A DNA stretch of 64,000 nt from positions 404 to 64,403 of the forward strand of contig JADKKR010000008.1 of NCBI GenBank assembly GCA_016720395.1. The letters run 5' to 3'. How positions within the stretch are numbered: position 1 is the stretch's first letter; each line of letters begins with the position of its first letter. This DNA comes from Geobacteraceae bacterium (GTDB lineage: Bacteria > Desulfobacterota > Desulfuromonadia > Geobacterales > Pseudopelobacteraceae). Under the pieces are notes generated by a model. It saw only the letters and a program-made list of their open reading frames with translations, did not search any database and was not told the origin of the DNA. Of the stretch, positions 28,044 through 36,739 are shown piece by piece. The position numbers were made by a program, and so were the translations under genes.

Positions 28044-28388
28044 ATGAGGCTGAAATCAATCTGGCTGTTGGCAGCATTACCGGTGTTGCTGTGCGGAATT
28101 GCTTACGGCGCAGCCATGCAGGACATCATCTATAAGGGCGATAAGGCCACGGATGAGGCCATATTCCATGGAGACAAGCATCTGAAGAGGGGCTTTACCT
28201 GTAATGACTGCCACAACAGGGAGATGTTCCCGAAAAAGGAAAAAGGGGCAACGGTCATAACCATGAAGGCCATCCAGCAGGGTAAACTCTGTGGGAAATG
28301 CCATAACGGGAAGATTGCATTCGGGATCGACCATCACTGTGACAGGTGTCACCCACGGAAAGGTCCTGACACGCTCATTTATGACTGA
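28044..28388 (+). CDS. triheme cytochrome c7/c3-family protein
   Basis: Own RBS GGAGGAGGG and signal peptide MRLKSIWLLAALPVLLCGIAYGA. CNDCH, CGKCH, CDRCH. Hidden inside track ORF 27264-28388. Confidence 0.8.
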   Translation: MRLKSIWLLAALPVLLCGIAYGAAMQDIIYKGDKATDEAIFHGDKHLKRGFTCNDCHNREMFPKKEKGATVITMKAIQQGKLCGKCHNGKIAFGIDHHCDRCHPRKGPDTLIYD

Positions 28389-28538
28389 TTGCGGTCAACC
28401 CGGTCCGTGTGCACATGCCGGTCATGGATTGATCTGGTACCGTGAAAGAAAACTGGACTTTTAAAATGAAACTCGCTAAAAAAGCTTAAATAAATCTTAC
28501 CGGCCTGCCGGGATATTTCACTACAAAGGAGACTCACC

Positions 28539-28787
28539 ATGAAGAAGATTCTGACCCTGTTAGTTGCCGCCCTGACCGCTGTTTCGTTTGCTTCCGTAGC
28601 CATGGCCGACCATCACATGAAAAAGGAAGAAGTAAAGCCTGCTGAAGCTGCCGCACCGGCCGCCGAGAAGAAGGAAGGCGAAAAAAAGGATGTTAAGAAA
28701 GAGAAGAAGGCAAAGAAAGCAGTTAAGAAAAAAGAGGGCGAAGCAAAGCCGGCTGTCAAGGGTAAAAAAGAAGTCTCCGGCTGCTGA
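28539..28787 (+). CDS. secreted Lys/Glu/Ala-rich low-complexity protein ending in ...EVSGC
   Basis: RBS AAAGGAGA, signal peptide ...SFASVAMA, mature N-terminus DHHM, 82 aa. Confidence 0.6.
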   Translation: MKKILTLLVAALTAVSFASVAMADHHMKKEEVKPAEAAAPAAEKKEGEKKDVKKEKKAKKAVKKKEGEAKPAVKGKKEVSGC

Positions 28788-28814
28788 TTTGTAAAAACTG
28801 CCTGATGTTTGACC

Positions 28815-28850
28815 AAAGACCTCCGGGAGCGTTTCCGGAGGTCTTTGTGT
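28815..28850 (+). terminator. hairpin terminator/attenuator
   Basis: 12-bp stem AAAGACCTCCGG-gagcgttt-CCGGAGGTCTTT followed by GTGT. Confidence 0.6.
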
Positions 28851-28859
28851 AGGATTCCC

Positions 28860-30695
28860 ATGCGGCTATCTGCATTAATCATATCACTGCTTGCCTGCCT
28901 GGTCTCTGCCTGTACGCTGACGGATAGTAACCGCTCGACTTGTCTCAGTTGCCATAATGCACTGGAGCATGCCTCGCCGGCTCATGACGACTGTGTCAAC
29001 TGTCACGGCGGCGATCCAAAGGCACGTAATAAAGGCACGGCTCATGCCACCATGCGCGGACCGGCCAATCCATCGGCACCCGATACCTGGGAAGAAGCCT
29101 GTGGCCGCTGTCACCGTTATCAGTTAGAGCGGGTCAAATCGACGATCATGCAGACCAATGCCGGTATGATCCGCAATGTCCAGCTGACCTGGGAGGGTGA
29201 GGATGGACGTACATATACCACCACCGGCGGAAAACAGTTTGCTGCCGACGGCCAACCGGTAGAGTTTGCTGCCGTTGAGGACCTGGACAATCTGTCCGGA
29301 GAGCTGTATCGCAAATTCTGCTCCCGTTGCCACGTCGGCTCCAGCAATGCAGAGTCATACGGTGCCGCCCATGCATCCGGTTGTGCGGCCTGCCACTTTC
29401 CGTGGAACGATACGGCCACGTACCAGGGGCGTGACAAAACCATGAAGGGCCGGGCCGGCCATTCTGCCAGCCATGCCATGATTGCACTTCCCGACACACA
29501 GGTGTGCTCGCGCTGCCATAACCGAAGCGGCCGGATCGCAATCTCGTATCAGGGGCTGTATGACGGCAACAATGGGCTGGTTCCCACCAGCGGCGGGGAG
29601 GGGGGACCGCTGATGACCAGTGGCGCCCGTAACCTGACCAGCATCGCTCCCGACGTGCACTTTGCCGCCGGCATGGAATGTATCGACTGTCACACCTCGC
29701 GAGATGTCATGGGTGACGGTTTTGCCTATCGCAACATGTACCTGCAGACGGAGGTCGCCTGCGAGGACTGCCACGGCAGCGGCAGCCAGGTGCCGCGTTA
29801 CCGTGAGACAGTCCGCGAGAATGAAGAATCACTGCGGGAGTCAAAGGGGTACAAGCAGCCTGCGACGTCCGGCATGAAAATGATCCAGACATCCAAAGGG
29901 CGCAGCTACTCCAACGTATTCTACCGCGATGGTGCGGTCTGGCTGCAGGGGAAGCGCAGCGGCAAACTTCATCGCAGCAAGGTCATTACCGGCACACCGG
30001 AGCATACCATTGCCGGCCATGGACGTCTGGAATGCTATGCCTGCCATTCGCACACATCGGTACAGTGCTACGGCTGCCATACCCGCTACGACAAGGGAAA
30101 ACGCGGTATGGACTTTATCAAGGGCGAAGAGACTGCCGGGTTCTTCAGCGAGACCGAGGACTACCGCATGCTCTATCCCTTTCCACTGGCACTCAATCAG
30201 CGAGGCCGCATCTCGCCGGTCACGCCCGGTTGCCAGACCTTTGTTACCGTGGCAGAGGCTGACGGCACACAATCCAAGACGGAATACGTCGCTAAATTTA
30301 AAGGCAGGCAGCAGCTTCGCTTTGCCCCGTTCTATTCTCACAACACCGGTAAAAAATCTGTCGGCTGTTCAGAGTGCCACGGCAATCCTCAATTTTTAGG
30401 TTTCGGTCAGCATATTGTCGAAGGAAACAGCATCAAAGGGACCCTGATCTGTGAACGTTCCGACAGCAAGCCGCTGGACGGCTTCCTGAGCATGGACAGG
30501 GGGCGGGTCACTGCATATTCTGCGATAACCCGCGAGAACGCCCGTCCGATGAATGCCTCCGAGATAAAACGGGCGCTGTCCGTAAACCTCTGCCTGCCCT
30601 GCCATTCCAAGGCAGGCGACCGGATCTACCGGAAAGGAATAAATCTGCGTGCATTGGATGACTCCCTACATCGCCGGCTTCTGTCTGCTCCTTAG
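28860..30695 (+). CDS. dodecaheme c-type cytochrome lipoprotein
   Basis: ATG 28860. Lipobox LVSAC. Twelve CXXCH motifs. The track TTG start at 28809 lies inside the preceding hairpin. Confidence 0.85.
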   Translation: MRLSALIISLLACLVSACTLTDSNRSTCLSCHNALEHASPAHDDCVNCHGGDPKARNKGTAHATMRGPANPSAPDTWEEACGRCHRYQLERVKSTIMQTNAGMIRNVQLTWEGEDGRTYTTTGGKQFAADGQPVEFAAVEDLDNLSGELYRKFCSRCHVGSSNAESYGAAHASGCAACHFPWNDTATYQGRDKTMKGRAGHSASHAMIALPDTQVCSRCHNRSGRIAISYQGLYDGNNGLVPTSGGEGGPLMTSGARNLTSIAPDVHFAAGMECIDCHTSRDVMGDGFAYRNMYLQTEVACEDCHGSGSQVPRYRETVRENEESLRESKGYKQPATSGMKMIQTSKGRSYSNVFYRDGAVWLQGKRSGKLHRSKVITGTPEHTIAGHGRLECYACHSHTSVQCYGCHTRYDKGKRGMDFIKGEETAGFFSETEDYRMLYPFPLALNQRGRISPVTPGCQTFVTVAEADGTQSKTEYVAKFKGRQQLRFAPFYSHNTGKKSVGCSECHGNPQFLGFGQHIVEGNSIKGTLICERSDSKPLDGFLSMDRGRVTAYSAITRENARPMNASEIKRALSVNLCLPCHSKAGDRIYRKGINLRALDDSLHRRLLSAP

Positions 30696-31854
30696 TTCGG
30701 AGGCTATGGCTGCACACGGCGGACTTGTGTGTGGATCCTGTCACCGCCCGCCCGGAGGTTCTGTTGTAACGGCTGTTCGTGCAGCCTCAAGCCTGGCAGA
30801 TGGTTGTGTCGTGTGCCACAGGGGCTATGGCAGGATCTTTGATCAGTCCATGGCGCACAGGAAGGGTGAAAAGCAGTTTGTTCAGCGCAGCTATGCACGT
30901 GTTGATTCGGGATTCTGGGAGAAGAATTGCAGTTCCTGCCACCTCAAGAGCTGCCTGGACTGCCACGACGAAGGTGAACCGAAAAAACCGACCGTGGCGG
31001 CATGCCAGAGATGTCACAAAGGATACTATACCGGTTGGGACTACTCGGGTCGGGCTCCCCGGGAAGACAATATGCGTTATCAGCGCGGTCTCGCCATCAA
31101 TGACGAGACCTTCCTGAAAATGCTGCCTGATGTTCATTCACGGGCCGGATTGACCTGCGGCGACTGCCACTCCATGAGCAGTCTGTCGCAGGGGAAAAAA
31201 TCATCAAAGGGCTGTATCGACTGTCACAAACCGGATTTGAAGATTCTTGAACACCGGATATCAGTTCATATGGAGCGTCTGGAGTGTTACGCCTGCCATT
31301 CAGCCTGGGGAGCTCAGGAATACGCCACATTTTTTCTCCGGTTCCGCGACCCGAAGATGAAAGAAGACTTTGACCTCAAGGCCGGTCCAAGCGAAGATTA
31401 CCTGCGCAGTTCCTACCTCAGGAAGCAGGATGCGCCGCCGCTCGGCATTAACGACAGGGGGCGCATCAGCCCGATCAGGCCACTGTTTATCGCCTACTAT
31501 ACCGATATCATGTCGGCCCGCAACGGTGGCCCGGAGAACACACTGCTGGTCGCTGAGTGGCGTGCCTGGTTTCCGCATACGGTCCAACGCGGCAGCGTGA
31601 CCTGTGAGCGGTGTCATGATAACCCGGCCCGGTTCCTGCTGGAACCAGAGGCCGGTCGTATCTTTCAGCTGAAAAAGGACCGTCTGCAGTTAGAATCGTT
31701 CTGGGTCCAGGAAGGCCAGCGGATGGTCAACGGCAGTTTTATGTCCGCCAACCGCTATCTAAGGATGAGCAGCAAGAGCCCGGCCTACACAAAGGCATAC
31801 ATCGAAAAATGGAAAACATTGCTCAATCACGTCGAAAATTCATCACGACCCTAA
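30649..31854 (+). CDS. nonaheme c-type cytochrome
   Basis: Signal peptide ...LLLSSEAMA. Nine CXXCH motifs. GTG 30649 (alternative ATG 30658). Confidence 0.85.
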   Translation: MHWMTPYIAGFCLLLSSEAMAAHGGLVCGSCHRPPGGSVVTAVRAASSLADGCVVCHRGYGRIFDQSMAHRKGEKQFVQRSYARVDSGFWEKNCSSCHLKSCLDCHDEGEPKKPTVAACQRCHKGYYTGWDYSGRAPREDNMRYQRGLAINDETFLKMLPDVHSRAGLTCGDCHSMSSLSQGKKSSKGCIDCHKPDLKILEHRISVHMERLECYACHSAWGAQEYATFFLRFRDPKMKEDFDLKAGPSEDYLRSSYLRKQDAPPLGINDRGRISPIRPLFIAYYTDIMSARNGGPENTLLVAEWRAWFPHTVQRGSVTCERCHDNPARFLLEPEAGRIFQLKKDRLQLESFWVQEGQRMVNGSFMSANRYLRMSSKSPAYTKAYIEKWKTLLNHVENSSRP

Positions 31855-32204
31855 CCCTGGCCTCTGTTTCGCTGGGCTTACTCTGGCGCTACCTGTCGCC
31901 GCCGGCCGTTTCGCGCCGCCGGGTTGTGGCACGGGTACCCAGGACGGATATACCGGCCGAAGGAGCACTGGTCTTTCTACAGGAACGGCTGGCGCTGATG
32001 CGGGAAGGTGATACAATCTTCGCTCTGGACCTGGTCTGTACCCACCTGGGGTGCACCGTGACGGTCACCGGCAGCGGGTTGTCCTGCCCCTGTCATGGCA
32101 GTCGCTTCGACCGGCAGGGGAGAGTGCTGAACGGGCCGGCTGACCGTCCTCTGGGCAGGCTGAAGGTTGAGGAGCATGACGGGATGATCGAGGTCGTGAC
32201 ATAA
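31809..32204 (+). CDS. Rieske [2Fe-2S] protein
   Basis: Tat-like SRRKFI, then CTHLGC and CPCHGS boxes. Confidence 0.9.
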   Translation: MENIAQSRRKFITTLTLASVSLGLLWRYLSPPAVSRRRVVARVPRTDIPAEGALVFLQERLALMREGDTIFALDLVCTHLGCTVTVTGSGLSCPCHGSRFDRQGRVLNGPADRPLGRLKVEEHDGMIEVVT

Positions 32205-32824
32205 TGGTATCTGACTTTCTCAAACATCTCTTTCCCCGCGTGGTGCTGGAACGGAACCTGCGCCTCAGCTACACCTTCTGCCTGGGGGGGCTGGCCTTCA
32301 GCGCTTTTCTGGTTATGCTGGCCAGCGGGATGCTGCTGCTGGTCTATTACCAGCCGACACCGGAGCGGGCCTTCAATTCGATCCTGTTCCTGGAATCAGC
32401 GGTGTGGGGCGGTAAATACCTGCGCAGTCTGCACCGCCTGACATCTCATTTTCTGCTGATCCTGCTGTTTCTCCATATGCTCCGTGTTGTCCTGACCGGC
32501 GCCTATCAGCGCCCGCGCCAGCTTAACTGGGTTATCGGCATGCTCCTGCTGCTGCTGTGCGTCTTCGAGGCCTATACCGGTTACCTGCTCCCCATGGACC
32601 AGCTGGCCTACTGGGCCACCCAGACCGGCATGGAACTGCTGCTGACCGCTCCCTTCGGGGGCTTTGTCCGTGCATTGCTGGTGCCGGACGGCGTCGGTCA
32701 GCCGCTGTCACTGCTGCGTTTCTATGCCCTGCATGTCGTGGTGGTCCCGCTGTCGGTATCACTGCTTTCCCTGCTGCATTTCTACCGGGTCAGGAAAAAC
32801 AAGGGGGTGCTTCCCTACCTATGA
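32204..32824 (+). CDS. cytochrome b6-type (N-terminal four-helix) cytochrome b
   Basis: 206 aa. Paired His in helices (LHRLTSH / LHML ; ALHVV / LLHFY). TAATG overlap with the Rieske gene. Confidence 0.88.
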   Translation: MVSDFLKHLFPRVVLERNLRLSYTFCLGGLAFSAFLVMLASGMLLLVYYQPTPERAFNSILFLESAVWGGKYLRSLHRLTSHFLLILLFLHMLRVVLTGAYQRPRQLNWVIGMLLLLLCVFEAYTGYLLPMDQLAYWATQTGMELLLTAPFGGFVRALLVPDGVGQPLSLLRFYALHVVVVPLSVSLLSLLHFYRVRKNKGVLPYL

Positions 32825-33231
32825 AAACCGGATTCGTCAAAAGCTCCCCGCACTTTTTCCAACTGATCAGCCGCTCCTTCTGGCTGCTGATGACCGTCCT
32901 GCTGGCGCTGGCGGCATTTGTCCCGGCCCCGCTGCAGACTGCCGCCGACCCGTCCTCTACCCCTAATCCGGTCAAATCGGCCTGGTTCCTGTTGTGGATT
33001 CAGGAGCTGGTCAGCTGGTCGCGTTTCATGATCTGGCCGGTGCTGCTGCTGTGTCTCGCCTGCTTTCTGCTTCCCTGGCTGCCGGGACAGGTGCGCGGTC
33101 ACCATGCCAGCTGGCTGCCGCCGGGCCAGCGGCTGATTTCGATCAGTACGATCCTGGTCACTGCAGCGCTGCTGCTGCTTACCGTCATAGGTCTGTATTT
33201 TCGGGGGGCGGATTGGTCGCTGGTTTTCTGA
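32821..33231 (+). CDS. subunit IV-like (cytochrome b C-terminal domain) membrane protein
   Basis: ATGA overlap with cyt b6. Three hydrophobic spans. SAWFLLWIQEL occupies the position of the PEWY-type motif. Confidence 0.7.
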   Translation: MKTGFVKSSPHFFQLISRSFWLLMTVLLALAAFVPAPLQTAADPSSTPNPVKSAWFLLWIQELVSWSRFMIWPVLLLCLACFLLPWLPGQVRGHHASWLPPGQRLISISTILVTAALLLLTVIGLYFRGADWSLVF

Positions 33232-34052
33232 CTATCATAGCGGCGGCAGCCATGGTTACTACACCTGCAAGTGGCCTGGCTTCCCGGCAGCTCTGCCAGT
33301 CATGCCACCCTGACCATTACGTCGAGCGCGGTGTCTGCACCAGCTGCCACCGGGGTAACCCTGCCTCCGGCCGCCGGAATATCGCCCACCAGCAGCTGAT
33401 CGCCGGACGCTACGCCGCCTTTACCCTTGGCGACACACAGAAACTCCGGACCGGTGAGCGCCTCATCGATCTTTATGCCTGCCGGCGCTGCCATGTCATC
33501 GGCGATCGGGGGAACCGGCTCTCGGCCAATCTGGACCGGTCGTCGGCCCGCAGGGCGCCCGGTGAGATGACCGAATCCATCTTGAACCCGGTAAAAAATA
33601 TGCCTGATTTCCGCATGGAGAAGCAACAGGCTGTCCTGCTGGTGAACGCTCTGCTGGCGGCATCCAGCCGTCAGAAGGCTGCTTCCGGTGGGCAACGCCA
33701 GGTTGTTCATTTTGATCGCACCGGCACGGCAGGGGAGGATGTCTTCAGCAAAAAGTGCGGATCATGCCATCGTGCACTGACGTCAGGTCTGGGCGGTTTG
33801 GGACTGGGCGACGCGGGACCGAATCTGTCGGGCCTGTTGTCACCGTCTTATCCGGAAACATTCAAAGACAGGTACCGCTGGACAGAGCGCAATCTGGAGA
33901 ACTGGCTGAAGAATCCCCGGCGGATCAGGCCACAGAGCCGGATGCAGCCGGTTCAGTTGACAGAGCTTGAATTCAGGCAACTAACGGATATACTTACAGT
34001 GAAACAACCTCAAAAAAAACAACAGGAGGGTCAAGGCCGAGCGTTATTTTGA
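33213..34052 (+). CDS. membrane-anchored tetraheme c-type cytochrome
   Basis: CQSCH, CTSCH, CRRCH, CGSCH. A TTG 33213 start gives an N-terminal anchor MVAGFLTIIAAAAMV; alternative ATG 33252. Confidence 0.78.
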   Translation: MVAGFLTIIAAAAMVTTPASGLASRQLCQSCHPDHYVERGVCTSCHRGNPASGRRNIAHQQLIAGRYAAFTLGDTQKLRTGERLIDLYACRRCHVIGDRGNRLSANLDRSSARRAPGEMTESILNPVKNMPDFRMEKQQAVLLVNALLAASSRQKAASGGQRQVVHFDRTGTAGEDVFSKKCGSCHRALTSGLGGLGLGDAGPNLSGLLSPSYPETFKDRYRWTERNLENWLKNPRRIRPQSRMQPVQLTELEFRQLTDILTVKQPQKKQQEGQGRALF

Positions 34053-34230
34053 TGCGGTGCCACAGCGGCAGAAACAGGTTCGTAGGTACCTGCCGGCCCC
34101 TTCAGTATGGACCGCAGTACCTGCATGGCATCACGTGTTGTTTCGGCTGTTCCGTTTTCAGCCGGCTGGGTGGCGACAAGAGACATATACGGTGTCTGGT
34201 CTAACCGTTAAAAGATTCCGGAAATTTCAG

Positions 34231-34260
34231 TTGACATTATATTTTTAATATATATTATAA
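34231..34260 (+). promoter_or_regulatory. putative sigma70 promoter of the RND operon
   Basis: TTGACA, 17-nt AT-rich spacer, ATTATA. Overlaps the near-palindrome TTTTTAATATATATTATAAAAA. Confidence 0.4.
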
Positions 34261-34285
34261 AAAATATGTATTGAAGGAGCTATAT

Positions 34286-35626
34286 ATGATCAACCATGTT
34301 CTTGTCATCATCACGCTGGTCCTGTGTGCAAATATCGCCGTGGCAGAAACCTACCGCCTCAGTCTCAAAGATGCCATTGCTCTGTCACTGGACAGGAACA
34401 ATCTGGTGCGGTCAGCAGGTTTTGCTGCTGACGCCGCACGCCAGGATGTCGCGATAACCACGGCCCGTTACTATCCGGGGGTTTTCTTTGAGGAAGCCTT
34501 CGTCGCATCGAATGCGCCCACGCAGACCTTCATGATGAAACTTGATGAAGGTAGATTTTCCCAGAACGATTTCCAGATCGACAACCTCAACCATCCGCAG
34601 ACCAGTCATGACTTCAGGACCGCCCTGACAATCCAGCAGCCGATCTACAATCCGTCAACATCGCCGGCCAGGGAGATGGCAGTCAAGGAGTCTGAAAAGC
34701 AGACCTTGGCTTACGATGCGGGCAAGGAGGATACCGCCTTCCAGGTCTTCCGGCTCGTTCTGGAGGTGCAGAAGTCAAAAGCACAGCTGCGTGCCGTTGA
34801 GCAGGCCCTTGGAGACGCACGGGAGAATAAGCGCCTGGCAGCGGTTCGCACCGGAGCAGGGGTGGGGCTGAAGTCTGACGAACTCAGGGCACGAACGCAT
34901 CTTGGCTCGGTCGAGCAGCAGTTCATAACGGCCGGCAACAATCTGATGCTGGCCAGGATGCAGCTGGCGAACGTGGTCGGCCTCAAGGAAGGCGACAGCA
35001 TCGATATTACTGAATCCATCATCCCTCTTACTTCAGGCATGCCTCCCGAAGAGCTGGTCAAGGTGGCGCTGGAAAGCAGGAAAGACCTGAAGCAGTCCAT
35101 GGTTGAGCTTGAAAAGAGTGATGCCGCTCTCCGGCTTGCGCGGAGTGGTTACCTGCCTTCTGTCGGGTCATTTGCAACCTACCAGATGAATTCAAAGGAT
35201 ACGCCCTTCGGCTCTGATAACGATTCATGGATTGCCGGCATCAGCCTCAAGTGGCAGCTGTTCGACGGATTCAAGCGCTACCATGAGAAGGATCGCGCAG
35301 TTGCAGCACGTTCCGCTGCGGCAGAGTTGCTGGAAGCCAGGCTGCGCGAGGTCAGGTACCGGGTCAGGGAAAGTGTCATGCGGCGCGAGGAAATGGGCAA
35401 GCGACTGGAAGTGGTGCGGAATTCCCTGGAGGATGCCGAAGAAACCGTGCGGCTCCTGACCAGGCGCTTTGAGAATTCTCTGGCCACCATGGTCGAGCTG
35501 CTGGACGCACAGACGGCACTGAATCAGGTGCGGGCAGGGCTGGTGGAGTCCGAGGCAAACTACTCTCTGGCCGGCGGTAATGTGTATTATTCTGCAGGGA
35601 TATTCATGAAGGAGATGCTGAAATGA
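34286..35626 (+). CDS. TolC-family outer membrane efflux protein
   Basis: RBS GAAGGAG, signal peptide, two-repeat TolC pattern. Confidence 0.85.
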   Translation: MINHVLVIITLVLCANIAVAETYRLSLKDAIALSLDRNNLVRSAGFAADAARQDVAITTARYYPGVFFEEAFVASNAPTQTFMMKLDEGRFSQNDFQIDNLNHPQTSHDFRTALTIQQPIYNPSTSPAREMAVKESEKQTLAYDAGKEDTAFQVFRLVLEVQKSKAQLRAVEQALGDARENKRLAAVRTGAGVGLKSDELRARTHLGSVEQQFITAGNNLMLARMQLANVVGLKEGDSIDITESIIPLTSGMPPEELVKVALESRKDLKQSMVELEKSDAALRLARSGYLPSVGSFATYQMNSKDTPFGSDNDSWIAGISLKWQLFDGFKRYHEKDRAVAARSAAAELLEARLREVRYRVRESVMRREEMGKRLEVVRNSLEDAEETVRLLTRRFENSLATMVELLDAQTALNQVRAGLVESEANYSLAGGNVYYSAGIFMKEMLK

Positions 35627-36736
35627 AAAACAGATTCCTGTTGGCCACCTTTCTCATGGCAGTATTCATGTTCGCCGGCTGCAGCAAGAAGAACTCTACC
35701 GATGAGACGAAAGCCGCCGTGCCTGCGGCTGTGGTGAAAGGGGTTCTGACAGAAACCGTCAAAACCGCCTCTGTCCCTGAAACCATGGAGGTCGTGGGCA
35801 CAGTCCGTGCCCGAACCAGCGCAGTGGTTTCTGCACGCATATCCGGTGTTGTCAGCCTGCTGAAGGTACGGGAAGGTGACCGGGTAAAGAAGGGACAGCT
35901 GCTTGCGCAGCTCGATGCCCAGGAGAATCAGGCGCATGCCGCTGGAGCGGCCGCAGGGGTCGAGGAAGCCGGGCGCGGCCTGGATGAAGCTCTGTCACGT
36001 AAACGGCTGTCTGATGCAACCTTCGAACGCTATCAGAACCTCTTCAAAGAACAGGCTATTACCCGCCAGGAATTCGATGTCAAGCAGACGGAACGCGATC
36101 TGGCCTCTCAGGCGGTTGCGCGTGCCGAAGCCCGTCTGCAGCAGGCCCGGGAAGGATCGCGGGCTGCATCCGCCATCGCCGGCTATACCAGGATCGTAGC
36201 CCCGCTTTCGGGTATCATAACCAGCAGGCAGGCTGATCTGGGTGCCACGGTATTTCCGGCCCAGCCGTTGATGACGATTGAAGACGAGGGGAGCTACCAG
36301 CTTGAACTGTCGGTGCCGGAGTCGATTGCGCTCTCCGTGAAACCGGGTACAGCCGTTCACGTTACACTGGATGCCGTGAATACATCGTTCAAGGCAAAGA
36401 TCGCCGAAACAGTACCCTCTACTGATCCGGCCAGCCGCACCTTCATCGCTAAAATCCTGTTGGATCAAAAAGGACTCAAGTCCGGTATGTTCGGCCGGTG
36501 CCCTGAGCCTGGGAACCAGTGTCAACGGCACGCTGGTACCAAGGAAGGCCATTGTAGATCGGGGTGCTCTGACATCGATCTGGATCGTTGAAAAAGACGC
36601 CACCGCCCGGATGCGGTTAGTGAGGATCGGCAAAACCGTCGGTGACAGGGTGGAGATTCTTTCAGGCCTCTCCGATGGTGAGCGCATTGTTGTCGATGGC
36701 GTAGAGAAAGTCAGCGAAGGGTCAAAGGTGGAATGA
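35623..36736 (+). pseudogene. RND efflux periplasmic adaptor (MFP) lipoprotein, one frame break near 36497
   Basis: Lipobox FMFAGC. After ...SGMFGR the conserved tail ALSLGTSVNGTLVPRKAIVDRGALTSIWIV...EGSKVE* continues in the +1 frame to TGA 36734-36. Confidence 0.85.
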
Positions 36737-36739
36737 GTC

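Noticed and set aside
27264-28388. Apparent FeS-protein/cytochrome c fusion (374 aa)
   Set aside because: The middle section (~27890-28040) has no family resemblance. The PsrB tail is readable in the adjacent frame, and the cytochrome has its own RBS and signal peptide.
28620-28770. Repetitive AAG/GAA/GCx-rich DNA that could be mistaken for a tandem repeat or CRISPR-like array
   Set aside because: There are no regularly spaced identical repeats. It is simply the codon bias of a Lys/Glu/Ala-rich ORF. No CRISPR array or cas gene occurs anywhere in the window.
28809-28859. TTG start extending the dodecaheme ORF by 17 codons
   Set aside because: The extension consists of the terminator-like hairpin 28815-28846. 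ATG 28860 gives a proper lipoprotein signal peptide.
34057-34248. 63-aa ORF in the spacer between the tetraheme cytochrome gene and the RND operon; also ORF 42317-42514 after arsR
   Set aside because: Neither has an RBS or a motif, and both have arbitrary composition. These regions more likely hold promoters or operators.
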